NCBI GenBank assembly: GCA_016203765.1
Contig: JACQMB010000145.1
Coordinates: 1,124 to 65,123 of the forward strand
Direction: 5' to 3'
DNA from: Deltaproteobacteria bacterium
GTDB lineage: Bacteria > UBA10199 > SPLOWO2-01-44-7
Length of the DNA stretch: 64,000 bases
Below, piece by piece: positions 42,627 to 52,002 of the stretch. Each line of letters starts with the position of its first letter. The first letter of the stretch is position 1. The translations under genes and the position numbers were made by a program. Below the pieces are notes generated by a model. It was not told the DNA's origin and did not search any database. It worked only from the letters and a program-made list of their open reading frames with translations.

Positions 42627-43703
42627 TTAATCCTCCAAAAGGGAGGCGGCCGCTTCCAGCCCGCAATAAACCCAAGCCTGCGTCCAGCGGGCAAAAACGG
42701 TTTTGTCGGCCGGCCTGCGGCCCTTCCGGTAAGCAAACCGCCCTTCGCCTAAATAGGCCTCCCGCCTCAACCAATCCACAATTTTTTCCGCCTGGTTTCG
42801 AGCCGTCTCCCGATCCAACCACCCCCCCTTAACCATTTCTCCCAACAGGATCAATCCGACGGCGGCCGAATGGGTTTCCAGGGGATAGGTTTGGTTGTCA
42901 TAGTAGCGGGGTTTTCCGTCCGTGGTAAAGGCGTGCGCCAGATAATAATTTAATCCGTTTTGAACGGCCTTTTTTATTTTCTCATTCGGCAGGGCGGAAT
43001 GGATATTCGATAAGGCGATTAAATTATAAGCGGTATGAAAATTATCACACCATTGGTGGTGGGGAAGAGTGCCGTAGGGCCAGCGGCCGGACGGTTCCTG
43101 GGCTTCCAATGAAATTTCCGCCGCCCGAAGCGCGTCGGGTTGAAAGGGGAGGTGCCGCGCCGCCGCCTCGGCTCCCAAAAGATTGGCGTTATGAACCAGG
43201 ATGGCCTCGCGCGCGACGTAGGAAAAAAACCCCTCCCGCTTTTTATAAAAACAGTCATGGAGGGCCTGGACCGATTGTTGAGGGTTGACGGAGGCCCGGT
43301 TCAAGGCCCGAAGACAAAGGGCCGACAGAACCAGGTTCGGCTCTTTCGCCTTGAGATAAAAGGCCTTGGAGGCCCAGGGGAAGGGATAACCCCAGAGATG
43401 AGTCCCCGGTGTTCGCAAATCAAGGAGGCGCGGGACGGCCCTGTCCAAAAACTCCGTTTTGCCGGCTTCCACGGCCCCCAATATCCCCGCCGCCCAGCTC
43501 ATCGGGTTTTCCTGGGGGGAAACAAAAAGCCAGGGCCGGATATTGAAGGGAAACCGTTTGACGAATTGCAAAAAGGCGACGGCCGGGAAACCCCTCCCCA
43601 AAATTTTTTGCAAAGGTGTGTTTAGGCCGTCAAAGGGGTCAAAACCCTTCCATCCGTTTGTTTCGAGCCAACCGAAAACTTCTTCTTTGATGGTTTCAAG
43701 CAT
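42627..43703 (-). CDS. Hypothetical protein, possibly alpha/alpha-toroid-like
   Basis: I prefer the ATG at 43703, an 8-nt overlap with the upstream gene. The ORF-track start at 43874 adds a Pro-rich, low-complexity 57 aa. Repeated aromatic or Gly-containing helix-pair motifs occur (WGYPFPWASKAF, WPYGTLPHHQWCDNFHTAYNL, YPLETHSAAVGLILLGE). I made no family-level assignment. Confidence 0.5.
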   Translation of the reverse strand: MLETIKEEVFGWLETNGWKGFDPFDGLNTPLQKILGRGFPAVAFLQFVKRFPFNIRPWLFVSPQENPMSWAAGILGAVEAGKTEFLDRAVPRLLDLRTPGTHLWGYPFPWASKAFYLKAKEPNLVLSALCLRALNRASVNPQQSVQALHDCFYKKREGFFSYVAREAILVHNANLLGAEAAARHLPFQPDALRAAEISLEAQEPSGRWPYGTLPHHQWCDNFHTAYNLIALSNIHSALPNEKIKKAVQNGLNYYLAHAFTTDGKPRYYDNQTYPLETHSAAVGLILLGEMVKGGWLDRETARNQAEKIVDWLRREAYLGEGRFAYRKGRRPADKTVFARWTQAWVYCGLEAAASLLED

Positions 43704-45738
43704 CAACGAGGATCGGTCTTCCTTTGCCGAGGCTTTGTCTGCACGCCAGGGTGGCGAGGGTGGTATTCCAAATGGCTTCGGCGGCGATGGGGGCCGATTT
43801 TCTGTCTCCTTGCCGGCAGGCGGCAATAAAGGCTTGCAACAATCCCGATTGCCCCTTCTCTTTTTGAAAATCATCCAGGACGGCCGATTTCCCTTCCCCG
43901 TGCACTTCCAGATATTCCTTTTCCAGGCTCGGATCCCCCGCCGCCAAATAAAGGATGGAGGCCAGGGCGCCGTTGGCGCATTCCAGCGTCACATGAAATT
44001 CCTGGTCGAAGCCTATGGCAAAGACTTTGCGAATCGGGCTTGCCGCCAGATAGCCCGCCAGGTCGATGAAGTGACAGCCCTCGCCCAGCAGTCTTCCCCC
44101 TCCGATTTCGGGAATGTGCAACCAGTGATCGGCTTTTAATTTGCCGGCGTTGATTCGGTAGATAATATGCTTGGCCCCGTCGGGAAAGAGCGATTTTATT
44201 TTTTGAATCTGCGGGGCAAAACGGCGGTTAAAACCTACGCACAAAAGACCTTTGGAATTTTGGTATTCCTCGCGGATCGCCGCGAACTCTTCCAGGCTCA
44301 AACAAAGCGGTTTTTCCACGAAGACGTTTTTGTTTTGCCTCAGGCCGGAGACGACGTATTCGGCATGACTGTCATGCCGGGTGACGATGAAGATCGTGCC
44401 GATGGTTTCCGAATGGAGAACGGCCTCCGGCGTGGCCTGTCCCTTTAATCCGGAAGCGGTGGCGATGGCTTCGATCCTCACGGCGGGAATTTTTTTCAGA
44501 TTGGGGAGGAGCTGGGAGGCGGCATAGTTGCCCATCCCGATCAAACCTATTTGGAGCGGCTCTCTTGTTTGGGCCGGAGCGACCAGACGGGCTTTGGGCG
44601 GAGCGGGGGGCCGGGGAGGCGTCTTATATTCCAGAAGAATGCCGAGGTAGGGTGTCTCGGTTCCATTCAACAGGGCAAAGGCCGCTTCGGACTTTTCAAA
44701 CGCAAAGCGATGGGTAATCAGCGGGGTTAAATCGATTCGCCGGGAGGCCAGCAGATCCAAAAAGGCCTCCATATTTCGCTGTTCGGTGAAGCGGACGTAG
44801 CCGGCCGGATAATCGAGCCCCAGTTCCTCATAGAAGGGATCGTAGCGGCCCGGCCCGTAGGAGCGGCTCAGCCGGATGTCGAGTTCCTTTTGATAGTAGA
44901 TATCACGGGGGAATTGGGTCCCCACGTTTCCCACCACCACGACCCGTCCTTTCTCCCTGCACAACAGTCCGGCCTGTTCCATCAAACCATTGGCGGATGT
45001 GGATGCGGTAATCAAAACGCCGTCCGCGCCGCGCCCCCGAGTCCACGCTTCCGCTTTTGCTTCGAGGTGAGGATCGTTGCCCAACGCGGTCTCCATGTCG
45101 TTTTTATCGGCCTGTTCCAGTTTCCAGGGATCCAGATCGGTGGCCAGGACAAAACAGCCGCATGCCTTCAAGAGCCGCGCCGTCATCTGCCCCAGCAGAC
45201 CCATCCCCAACACGACAAAACGCTCGCCCATTTTGGGATCAGCCTGACGCACGCCTTGCAGTGCGATGGCCCCGAGGGTGGTGAAGGCGGCCTGATCGAG
45301 CGGCGTGCCGGGCGGCACCTTGACCGCCAGGCGGTGCGGGACCGCGTTATATTCGGCATGATTGGCAAAACCGGCGCCGGCGCAGGCTACCGTGTCGCCG
45401 ACTTGAATCCCATCCACCCAATCCCCGACTTCCTCGACGATGCCGACCAGGGAATAACCGAGCGGGATCGGTTCTCCCAATTTCTTGCGGACGAATTGCA
45501 AGGTGGAAAACCAGCCTTCTCTTTTTGCCTTTTGCAAAACTTTTTTGACCAGATCGGGACGGGATCGGGCCTTTTGCCATAATGACATTTTGGCGACATC
45601 GACTTTCGTCTTTTCGGTTCCGGCGCTGATGGCGGAATAGAGGGTGCGCACGAGAACGGAGGAGGGACGCGTTTGGGGCATGGGAATTTCCGCCGCGTTT
45701 AATTCGCCCGTCTGATAATTTTGGACAACCTGTTTCAT
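43696..45738 (-). CDS. Bi-domain oxidoreductase (N-terminal MDR/Zn-ADH-like domain fused to C-terminal Gfo/Idh/MocA domain)
   Basis: The N-terminal half is GroES-like plus Rossmann (VVLGMGLLGQMTARLL). The C-terminal half has IGLIGMGNYAAS and VFVEKPL (EKP motif). Confidence 0.8.
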   Translation of the reverse strand: MKQVVQNYQTGELNAAEIPMPQTRPSSVLVRTLYSAISAGTEKTKVDVAKMSLWQKARSRPDLVKKVLQKAKREGWFSTLQFVRKKLGEPIPLGYSLVGIVEEVGDWVDGIQVGDTVACAGAGFANHAEYNAVPHRLAVKVPPGTPLDQAAFTTLGAIALQGVRQADPKMGERFVVLGMGLLGQMTARLLKACGCFVLATDLDPWKLEQADKNDMETALGNDPHLEAKAEAWTRGRGADGVLITASTSANGLMEQAGLLCREKGRVVVVGNVGTQFPRDIYYQKELDIRLSRSYGPGRYDPFYEELGLDYPAGYVRFTEQRNMEAFLDLLASRRIDLTPLITHRFAFEKSEAAFALLNGTETPYLGILLEYKTPPRPPAPPKARLVAPAQTREPLQIGLIGMGNYAASQLLPNLKKIPAVRIEAIATASGLKGQATPEAVLHSETIGTIFIVTRHDSHAEYVVSGLRQNKNVFVEKPLCLSLEEFAAIREEYQNSKGLLCVGFNRRFAPQIQKIKSLFPDGAKHIIYRINAGKLKADHWLHIPEIGGGRLLGEGCHFIDLAGYLAASPIRKVFAIGFDQEFHVTLECANGALASILYLAAGDPSLEKEYLEVHGEGKSAVLDDFQKEKGQSGLLQAFIAACRQGDRKSAPIAAEAIWNTTLATLACRQSLGKGRPILVDA

Positions 45739-47705
45739 CGATCGATATATTGCCGGGTCCAGAGTTCCAGCGACATCAACATCCAGATTTTGAGGGCGTG
45801 GTCTTCCTTTCCGCTGAAAAATTCCTCTTGCAACTTCAGGATCGCCGGTTTTTGAAACCAGCCCCTCTTGCCTAAACCGTTCGCCCCTAACAATTCCCTT
45901 TGCATCTCCCTTAAACCGCCGCGGAGCCAGGAACGGACCGGAGCCCCGAACCCCGCCTTCTTACGCCAAATAATCCGGCTTGGCAAGAAGGGCTCGGCGG
46001 CTTTTTTCAACAGCCATTTTCCCTCCAATTTGCCTCGGCGCCATCTCAACAAACGGTCGGGAGCTTGTTGCAAGGCGAGGCGGACCAATTCGATATCCAA
46101 AAAGGGGACGCGCACCTCGATGCCGTTGGCCATCGAGGTCTTGTCGGTGTAGGCCAAGTTGAGACAGGGGAGGTAGGTCACCAAATCGAGGAGGAGGGCC
46201 TGGCGGAGCGGAGCAATCGGTGACAACCCATTGATTTTATTGGTAATTTTTTGATGGGTAGCTTCTGTTCCGCCGGCCCCGTTTTGCCACGGGCCGTCGC
46301 CGGCCAACAGGGCCGGATGCTCGGTCGGCAAAAAATAACTCTCCATGGCGATGTAGTGTTGCAGTGAGTCCCCGTCCATCCCTTTCAAAAATTTTTTGAG
46401 GGAGCGCCCCCATTTGGCCCGGCGGCTTTTGCCGGCGCCGGGAAGGGAGTCACTGAGACACTGAATCGTTTGAGTAAAAAGCTTCGGCATTTTTCGAAAG
46501 TATTGCGCGTAGACCAGCGCCTTTTGCCGGGGATAGCCGGCGAAGAGTTCATCCCCGCCCATGCCGGAGAGCATGACGGTCAGGCCGTTTTTTTTTGCCG
46601 CTTCGCAAATCAGATACGAGGAGACGGCGGCCGGATCGCCGAGCGGTTCATCCAGATGCCAAACGACTTTGGGAAGCAGTTCGCCCACATTGGGGGACAA
46701 GAGAATTTCCTGATGAGGGATTTGGAGCGCCCGGGAGACTTGCCGGGCAAAGGGGAGGTCGTCCGGGACAATGTCAAAGGCCAAATCTTCCTTTCGATAT
46801 CCGATGGAAAATGTTTGATGCGTTTTTTGCATCAACGCGACGACGAGAGAGCTGTCGAGGCCGCCGCTTAAAAAGGCTCCCAGGGGGACATCGGAGACAA
46901 GTTCTTCCCGCACCGCGCGGGCGAGATTTTCTCTCAAAGCCGGCAGACCGCCGGCTTGGCGCTCGCCGCGGCAATCAAAGGGAGACCAGTATGTCGATTG
47001 GGACGTTTCCCCCGTGTTCAGATCGAAAGTCAATAAGGTTGCCGGCTCCAATTTAAAAATATTTTTCAATCCGGTTTGTTCCCCGGGAATCCACAAGAAC
47101 TGAAGATACTGCCGGAGGGCGTCAAAATCGGCATCGGCCTCGAAATGTTTGATGGTCAGAAAGGCCTTAAGCTCCGAGGCAAAATAAAACAGGCCGCTCC
47201 GGCGCGTATAATAAAGGGGTTTGACCCCCAGGTGATCCCGCGCCAGAAAAACCCGGTTTTTTCTTAAATCGGCCAGGGCGAAGGCGAAAATGCCGCGGAG
47301 TTTTTCCACGCATTGTATTCCCCAGGCGCGGTAGGCCTCCAGGAAAACTTCCGTGTCGGAGGCGGTTTGAAAAACGGCGCCGCCTTTTGTCAATTCTTCG
47401 CGCAGTTCGCGAAAATTGTAGATTTCGCCGTTGTAGGCGAGAAAAATTTTTCCCTTTTCACGCACCATCGGCTGGCGGGCGGCCTCGCTCAGGTCGAGAA
47501 TGCTCAAGCGCCGGTGACCGAAGGCGGCGCGGGGTCTTGCCTGGGCGTCCAACGTTTGCAAAGGTTTGGCCAAGGCCGGCCCTTCCCAAAAGTAGCCGAA
47601 ATCATCGGGTCCGCGATGCGTCAGGGCCCGATTCATCTTTTGCAGGTCTTCTCCCCACCCTTCCGGAAGGGGGGAGGGAGAGACCATTCCGACAATGCCG
47701 CACAT
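45735..47705 (-). CDS. asnB: Asparagine synthase (glutamine-hydrolysing) family amidotransferase
   Basis: I placed the start at MCGIVG (ATG 47705) because Cys2 is the obligatory Ntn nucleophile. The PP-loop FLSGGLDSSLVVALM is present. The ORF-track start at 47774 is an over-extension. Confidence 0.9.
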   Translation of the reverse strand: MCGIVGMVSPSPLPEGWGEDLQKMNRALTHRGPDDFGYFWEGPALAKPLQTLDAQARPRAAFGHRRLSILDLSEAARQPMVREKGKIFLAYNGEIYNFRELREELTKGGAVFQTASDTEVFLEAYRAWGIQCVEKLRGIFAFALADLRKNRVFLARDHLGVKPLYYTRRSGLFYFASELKAFLTIKHFEADADFDALRQYLQFLWIPGEQTGLKNIFKLEPATLLTFDLNTGETSQSTYWSPFDCRGERQAGGLPALRENLARAVREELVSDVPLGAFLSGGLDSSLVVALMQKTHQTFSIGYRKEDLAFDIVPDDLPFARQVSRALQIPHQEILLSPNVGELLPKVVWHLDEPLGDPAAVSSYLICEAAKKNGLTVMLSGMGGDELFAGYPRQKALVYAQYFRKMPKLFTQTIQCLSDSLPGAGKSRRAKWGRSLKKFLKGMDGDSLQHYIAMESYFLPTEHPALLAGDGPWQNGAGGTEATHQKITNKINGLSPIAPLRQALLLDLVTYLPCLNLAYTDKTSMANGIEVRVPFLDIELVRLALQQAPDRLLRWRRGKLEGKWLLKKAAEPFLPSRIIWRKKAGFGAPVRSWLRGGLREMQRELLGANGLGKRGWFQKPAILKLQEEFFSGKEDHALKIWMLMSLELWTRQYIDR

Positions 47706-48460
47706 TATTTTTTCCTTTTTTGGTGGAGGTATTCCTTGAAAACCATGTATACAAAGCGGCGGTTGGTTTGCCAATAGCGTTTAAAGAGGCGCCGGGGCTC
47801 CTGGGCCATGCGAAAAAACCACTCCAGACCCGTTTGCTGCAGCCATCGGGGGGCCCGTTTCGTTTTTCCCGCCAGGATGTCGAAACTCCCCCCGACCCCC
47901 ATGGAGAAGGGGACCTGCATGACCTCCCTGAACCGGCTCAAAAAAATTTCTTTTTTGGGCGTCGGCATGCCGACAAAAAGAATGTCGGCCTTGGACTCCC
48001 GGATCTGGGATGCGACTGACGCGGCCTCCTCCTCCGGGAAATAACCGTCCCTCTTTCCCGCGAGGATCAGGCCGGGATGCCGTTGTTGCAGGCGACGGCT
48101 CATTTGCTCCAAAACATTGCGCGTGCCTCCCAGGAAGAAAACCCGCCATCCTTTTTGTTCCGCCGATTTTAACAGGGCCACGATCAAATCCGACCCTGAA
48201 ACTTTTTCGGGCACCGGAATCCCAAGCAGACGGGCCGCCCAAACGACCGGCTGACCGTCAATATTGATCAGGTCGCTTTCCCGGATGCTTTGTTTCAACA
48301 GGGGATCCCTTTGCGCCAAAACGATTTTGGCCGCGTTGACCACGGTATGCCGGCAAAAGGGGGAGCGTTTTTGAACGGCGTTTTCGATCCAATCGAGCGT
48401 TTGCGTCATGGAAAGGCAGTCGATGGGGCAGTCAAGAAATGAATAACGATGCGGGCTCAC
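47705..48460 (-). CDS. WecG/TagA/CpsF family glycosyltransferase (GT26, ManNAc(A) transferase type)
   Basis: GTG start at 48460. Motifs are FLDCPIDCLSMTQTLDWI, INIDGQPVVWAARLLG and VFFLGG. Confidence 0.85.
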   Translation of the reverse strand: MSPHRYSFLDCPIDCLSMTQTLDWIENAVQKRSPFCRHTVVNAAKIVLAQRDPLLKQSIRESDLINIDGQPVVWAARLLGIPVPEKVSGSDLIVALLKSAEQKGWRVFFLGGTRNVLEQMSRRLQQRHPGLILAGKRDGYFPEEEAASVASQIRESKADILFVGMPTPKKEIFLSRFREVMQVPFSMGVGGSFDILAGKTKRAPRWLQQTGLEWFFRMAQEPRRLFKRYWQTNRRFVYMVFKEYLHQKRKK

Positions 48461-48538
48461 CGATCTACCAAAAAGGATAAATATCTTCCTGCGGATTTTT
48501 TTTGGTGAAAAGACAACGGATCCTGAAAAAAAACACCT

Positions 48539-49453
48539 TCAGTTTTTTAAACAGCATATGCATTCCATTTCTCCGGAATTGCGTAACACAGCCCACTGCA
48601 GAAAGACAAGGGGGGAAAAAAGGGCCGTGGCGGGGAGAAAAAACCAGGCCTGGCGGGGCGGGGTCTTCAATTTTAAGCGGTGGCTGAGCCAGTTGCAAAA
48701 GGAGACCGAAAAGTCGCCGGGGTCAAAAATGCGGTTGTAGCGGTTCATCCGTAAACCGGCCCGCTCCAGGAGTCGTCCCAGGGAACGGTGGGTCGGAAAA
48801 ATTTGATGACGCGGAATTTGAAGCCCCGACCAATGCCGGGGAAAGACAAAACGCCAGAGGGAATTCCAATTCGGAACTTCCATGACCAAGAGGCCCTTTG
48901 GTTTTAGCAGGCGGGACAAGAGGGACAAGGCCTCCAAGGGGCGGGGGAGGTGCTCCAGAACGCTGTAGAGCGTAATGACGTCATACGATTTTTTAAAGGG
49001 AAACCGCAGAAAGTCGCCTTCCATCCAGTCCACTCCGGAAAGAGTGGCTTGGCCGGGCGGCGGTTTAAAATCGATGCCGGCCAATTGACAACGCTCCCCC
49101 CACTTCTCCTTTAAGTAGGCCAGAAAGGCGCCGTCGCCGTAGCCGACCTCCAATAAAGAAGAGGGGATCCCTTGGCAGGCGTTTTGGATTCTCCGCCGGC
49201 GGAACAGGTAGCGGGGCCGGTACAATTGTTGAGACAACCCTGACCGTCGTCCTTTTAACTGCGTATAGTAATGGGCGGGATAACGGTCGGGCAGGTTTTC
49301 TTCCGCCGGCCGGGGAGAGAGGTAGATAAAATGACAATCGAGACATTGGGCGACGCTGAATCGGCCGCCGGTGCCCGCCTCCACGTCGGTCAGATCGGCG
49401 CGCAATATTTTTTTTTGTGACTTGCCGCAGAAAAGGCAATTTTCGATGTTCAT
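48539..49453 (-). CDS. Class I SAM-dependent methyltransferase with N-terminal Cys4 zinc-ribbon-like segment
   Basis: The ATG at 49453 overlaps the upstream stop (ATGA). It has CLFCGKS...CLDCHFIYLSP followed by motif I LLEVGYGDGAFLAYL. Confidence 0.8.
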   Translation of the reverse strand: MNIENCLFCGKSQKKILRADLTDVEAGTGGRFSVAQCLDCHFIYLSPRPAEENLPDRYPAHYYTQLKGRRSGLSQQLYRPRYLFRRRRIQNACQGIPSSLLEVGYGDGAFLAYLKEKWGERCQLAGIDFKPPPGQATLSGVDWMEGDFLRFPFKKSYDVITLYSVLEHLPRPLEALSLLSRLLKPKGLLVMEVPNWNSLWRFVFPRHWSGLQIPRHQIFPTHRSLGRLLERAGLRMNRYNRIFDPGDFSVSFCNWLSHRLKLKTPPRQAWFFLPATALFSPLVFLQWAVLRNSGEMECICCLKN

Positions 49454-50037
49454 CGGGTCTTGGCGAAAATCATGATGTTTTGAACTCCCCAAAAATGCAT
49501 CGTCTCGGCCTGAACCACGTCGCAATGATCCCTCACGATGGACAACTCCTCCTCTTTGCTTCGGATAAAATTTCCGCGATCGAGGGCGGTCAGCATTCTC
49601 CCCCAGAGATTGATCCGGTTTTGCCGGAGGGGGTCGGTGAGGATGATGTGTCCGGAGACGATTCGGGTAAGGGAGGCCAGGAGGTTGTGAAAGTCCGCTT
49701 TCGGCAAATGATGGGATAAATCGATCAACAGGGCGGCGTCGAATTTTTTTTCCGCGAGATCAATCTGTTGCAAGGCGCGGCATTTAAATTGTCTTTTGGG
49801 AGCGCGGTATTTCCGGGAGGCGCTTTGGATGTAACCGGGGTCCATGTCGATCCCCAAATAATCCCCGTCGGTTATTTGTGAATACTGCCCCGTGCCGCAG
49901 CCGACATCCAGCACGGAGGCGCAAGGGGAGATGCCGAATTCCCGGATCAGGGCAAACCGCCGTTGATAGAGGTTGCCGAACAGGTCCAGCATCCTTCGAA
50001 ACTGGCTCCAAACAAAAACATTTTCCAGGATATGCAT
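49450..50037 (-). CDS. Class I SAM-dependent methyltransferase
   Basis: I prefer the ATG at 50037, which overlaps the upstream stop as TGATG. Motif I is VLDVGCGTGQYSQ. Confidence 0.8.
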   Translation of the reverse strand: MHILENVFVWSQFRRMLDLFGNLYQRRFALIREFGISPCASVLDVGCGTGQYSQITDGDYLGIDMDPGYIQSASRKYRAPKRQFKCRALQQIDLAEKKFDAALLIDLSHHLPKADFHNLLASLTRIVSGHIILTDPLRQNRINLWGRMLTALDRGNFIRSKEEELSIVRDHCDVVQAETMHFWGVQNIMIFAKTR

Positions 50038-51254
50038 CAGCGCAAGACCCTCGCGTACGCTTTTTTGAGGTAAGCCTCCGGGGAGGCCGCTATGTAAGCA
50101 CAACATTCCGTTTCAGTCATCCTGCCGTTTAACAATCGATGCAGGAGATCGATGTAAACCTCCCCTTCGAAATGGCGGTCCGATCGGAGCAGGGTGACCG
50201 TCGACGCCGACTCATCCGCCAGAACCCCTTCCCAGACGAAATCTTCCTTCGGAACCTGAAAGGCATCGGGGTGGACCTTGAAGCGCGGCGCGATCTTCTC
50301 GGAGGAGGCCGGAATATCTGAGTTGATGGCCATCAGCCACAATTTTTGAATGAGGGGGGATTGGGAGTCGATGGCCGCCTCGATGGCGCGCAATTCTTCC
50401 ACGAGCCAGGCCATTTTAAAATCACTCAGCCAATGGGCCAATTTCCGCTGGGGAAAATGTTTCAGGAGGGAACGGTTGCTGTTGCGATCCGCCTCCTCCC
50501 AAAAAAAATCCCATTGTTCGGAAAGATGAAGGCGCTCAACCGAGTCGGCCTTTTCCTCCTCAAACAGCATCCCCTCAAAATCGACCCCCCCCGGAAACAA
50601 CAAGGCCGATTCGGCGTCACGCCAGATCAGTTTAAGGCCCGGCCCCTTTAAAATTCGAGTCCAGGCGGCCGGCGGCTCTTCACGGTGGAGATAGGCGAGG
50701 TAGGGGACCGTCAGATTATCCGTTATTGGAATCGTCAAAATCGGCGACCGGTGGGTGCCCTGGCAGAAAAAAGGGGACTTGGGGATGATGCCTTGAACGG
50801 TTTCATCATAGCGTTCGGGATGAATGAAGATGGCCTGAAGGCCGTGTTCCACCAGCGTTTCGATTTGCTGGTTGCGGATCATCAACTCGTTTTGCAGAAA
50901 GGCGGGGACCGTGTTTTTTAAATGTTCTTTGATCGTTTTCAAACCGTATTCCAAATTGAGCTGAAATCCTTCGTGATTGCGCAGGGGGGACAAGTCATGC
51001 GCGAAAGGGCGGGCCAGGATTTGAAAAATTTCGGGGTGGGCGTTGATTAAATCCAGGGCCTCGGGATTGAAAACACTCAGGTCCTTGATGGTCGCTCCGG
51101 TCAAACCGATATTGACCTTGCGCCGGTTCCGAACATAGTTATTCAACAGGCGGCAAAGGCGGGAATTTTTTCCCCCTTCCAAAGAGCGAAGCCATTTATT
51201 GGAGGGAAGGCAGGAGGCGTCGGCGTTCAAATTGACGATATCCATCAGGGCCAT
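50037..51254 (-). CDS. Hypothetical protein
   Basis: This 405-aa ORF has normal composition and is co-linear with flanking genes. I could not identify any diagnostic motif. Confidence 0.5.
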   Translation of the reverse strand: MALMDIVNLNADASCLPSNKWLRSLEGGKNSRLCRLLNNYVRNRRKVNIGLTGATIKDLSVFNPEALDLINAHPEIFQILARPFAHDLSPLRNHEGFQLNLEYGLKTIKEHLKNTVPAFLQNELMIRNQQIETLVEHGLQAIFIHPERYDETVQGIIPKSPFFCQGTHRSPILTIPITDNLTVPYLAYLHREEPPAAWTRILKGPGLKLIWRDAESALLFPGGVDFEGMLFEEEKADSVERLHLSEQWDFFWEEADRNSNRSLLKHFPQRKLAHWLSDFKMAWLVEELRAIEAAIDSQSPLIQKLWLMAINSDIPASSEKIAPRFKVHPDAFQVPKEDFVWEGVLADESASTVTLLRSDRHFEGEVYIDLLHRLLNGRMTETECCAYIAASPEAYLKKAYARVLR

Positions 51255-51258
51255 GATA

Positions 51259-52002
51259 TCACCACCATTCCCCGCCGTTCACGTTCAGCGTCTCTGCCGT
51301 GATAAAACCCGCTTCCGGCGAGGCCAAAAAGAGGGCCGCCTCGGCAATTTCTTCATAAGTCCCCAGACGACCCAAAAGGATGTTGCGCAGACGGGTTTCG
51401 CGCAGGGACGCCGGCATGGTCTGATCGGTCATTGCCGACGCGACGATACCCGGCGAAAGGCAATTGACCGTAATCTTGCGGGGGGCTGTAAAGCGAGCCA
51501 GGCAGTGGGTCAGCGCCATGACACCCGCCTTGGCCGCGGCATAGGCGGGGGAGCGGGGTCCCCCAAGCTGGCCCGAGACCGAACCGATATTAATGATGCG
51601 CCCCCCCTCCGGGATATGGGGGAGGGCGGCTTGACAGCAGAGGAATACGCCGGTCAGATTGACCGCCAAGACTTCGTTCCATTCCTCCAGTGTTTGTTTG
51701 TCGAAATCGTTGACCCGGTTCATTCCGGCGTTGTTCACCAAAATATCGATGGAGCCGAAGTGCCGGGCCGTCTCCGCAATCGCTTGTTTGATTTGATCGG
51801 GTTCGGAAACGTCGAGGGGAAGTAGTGCGGCCTCGCCCCCCTGATCGCAAATTTGGCGGACCACTTTTTCGGCCGCTTCTTTTTGCCGCCGGTAGGTAAC
51901 GGCAATTTTGGCCCCCTCACGGGCAAACGCCAAGGCAATGGCCCGCCCAATGCCGCGGCTGGATCCGGTAATGAGCGCGCTCTTGCCTTTTAATCGCTTC
52001 AC
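51259..52002 (-). CDS. Short-chain dehydrogenase/reductase (FabG-like SDR)
   Basis: The GTG start overlaps the upstream stop (GTGA). Motifs are SALITGSSRGIGRAIA, NNAG and YAAAKAG. Confidence 0.85.
   Translation of the reverse strand: MKRLKGKSALITGSSRGIGRAIALAFAREGAKIAVTYRRQKEAAEKVVRQICDQGGEAALLPLDVSEPDQIKQAIAETARHFGSIDILVNNAGMNRVNDFDKQTLEEWNEVLAVNLTGVFLCCQAALPHIPEGGRIINIGSVSGQLGGPRSPAYAAAKAGVMALTHCLARFTAPRKITVNCLSPGIVASAMTDQTMPASLRETRLRNILLGRLGTYEEIAEAALFLASPEAGFITAETLNVNGGEWW

Noticed and set aside
42615-42635. A tandem 10-nt direct repeat, CTTAATCCTC (42615-42624 and 42626-35), at the convergent junction. Each copy supplies the stop codon of one of the two converging genes.
   Set aside because: It is very short, present in only two copies, and has no associated inverted repeats or mobile-element features. 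It is most simply a chance or slippage duplication at gene ends.
42632-42646. A possible bidirectional terminator hairpin, CCTCC-AAAAG-GGAGG, at the convergent gene junction.
   Set aside because: The stem is only 5 bp, there is no flanking U/A tract, and it lies inside the 3' coding end of the minus-strand gene. It is too weak to call.
48461-48538. A 78-nt gap between the methyltransferase gene and the wecG-like gene on the minus strand, examined for a terminator or promoter. It contains T8 and A8 runs.
   Set aside because: I could find no convincing stem-loop or -35/-10 pair. It may hold a weak internal promoter, but the sequence alone does not support a call.
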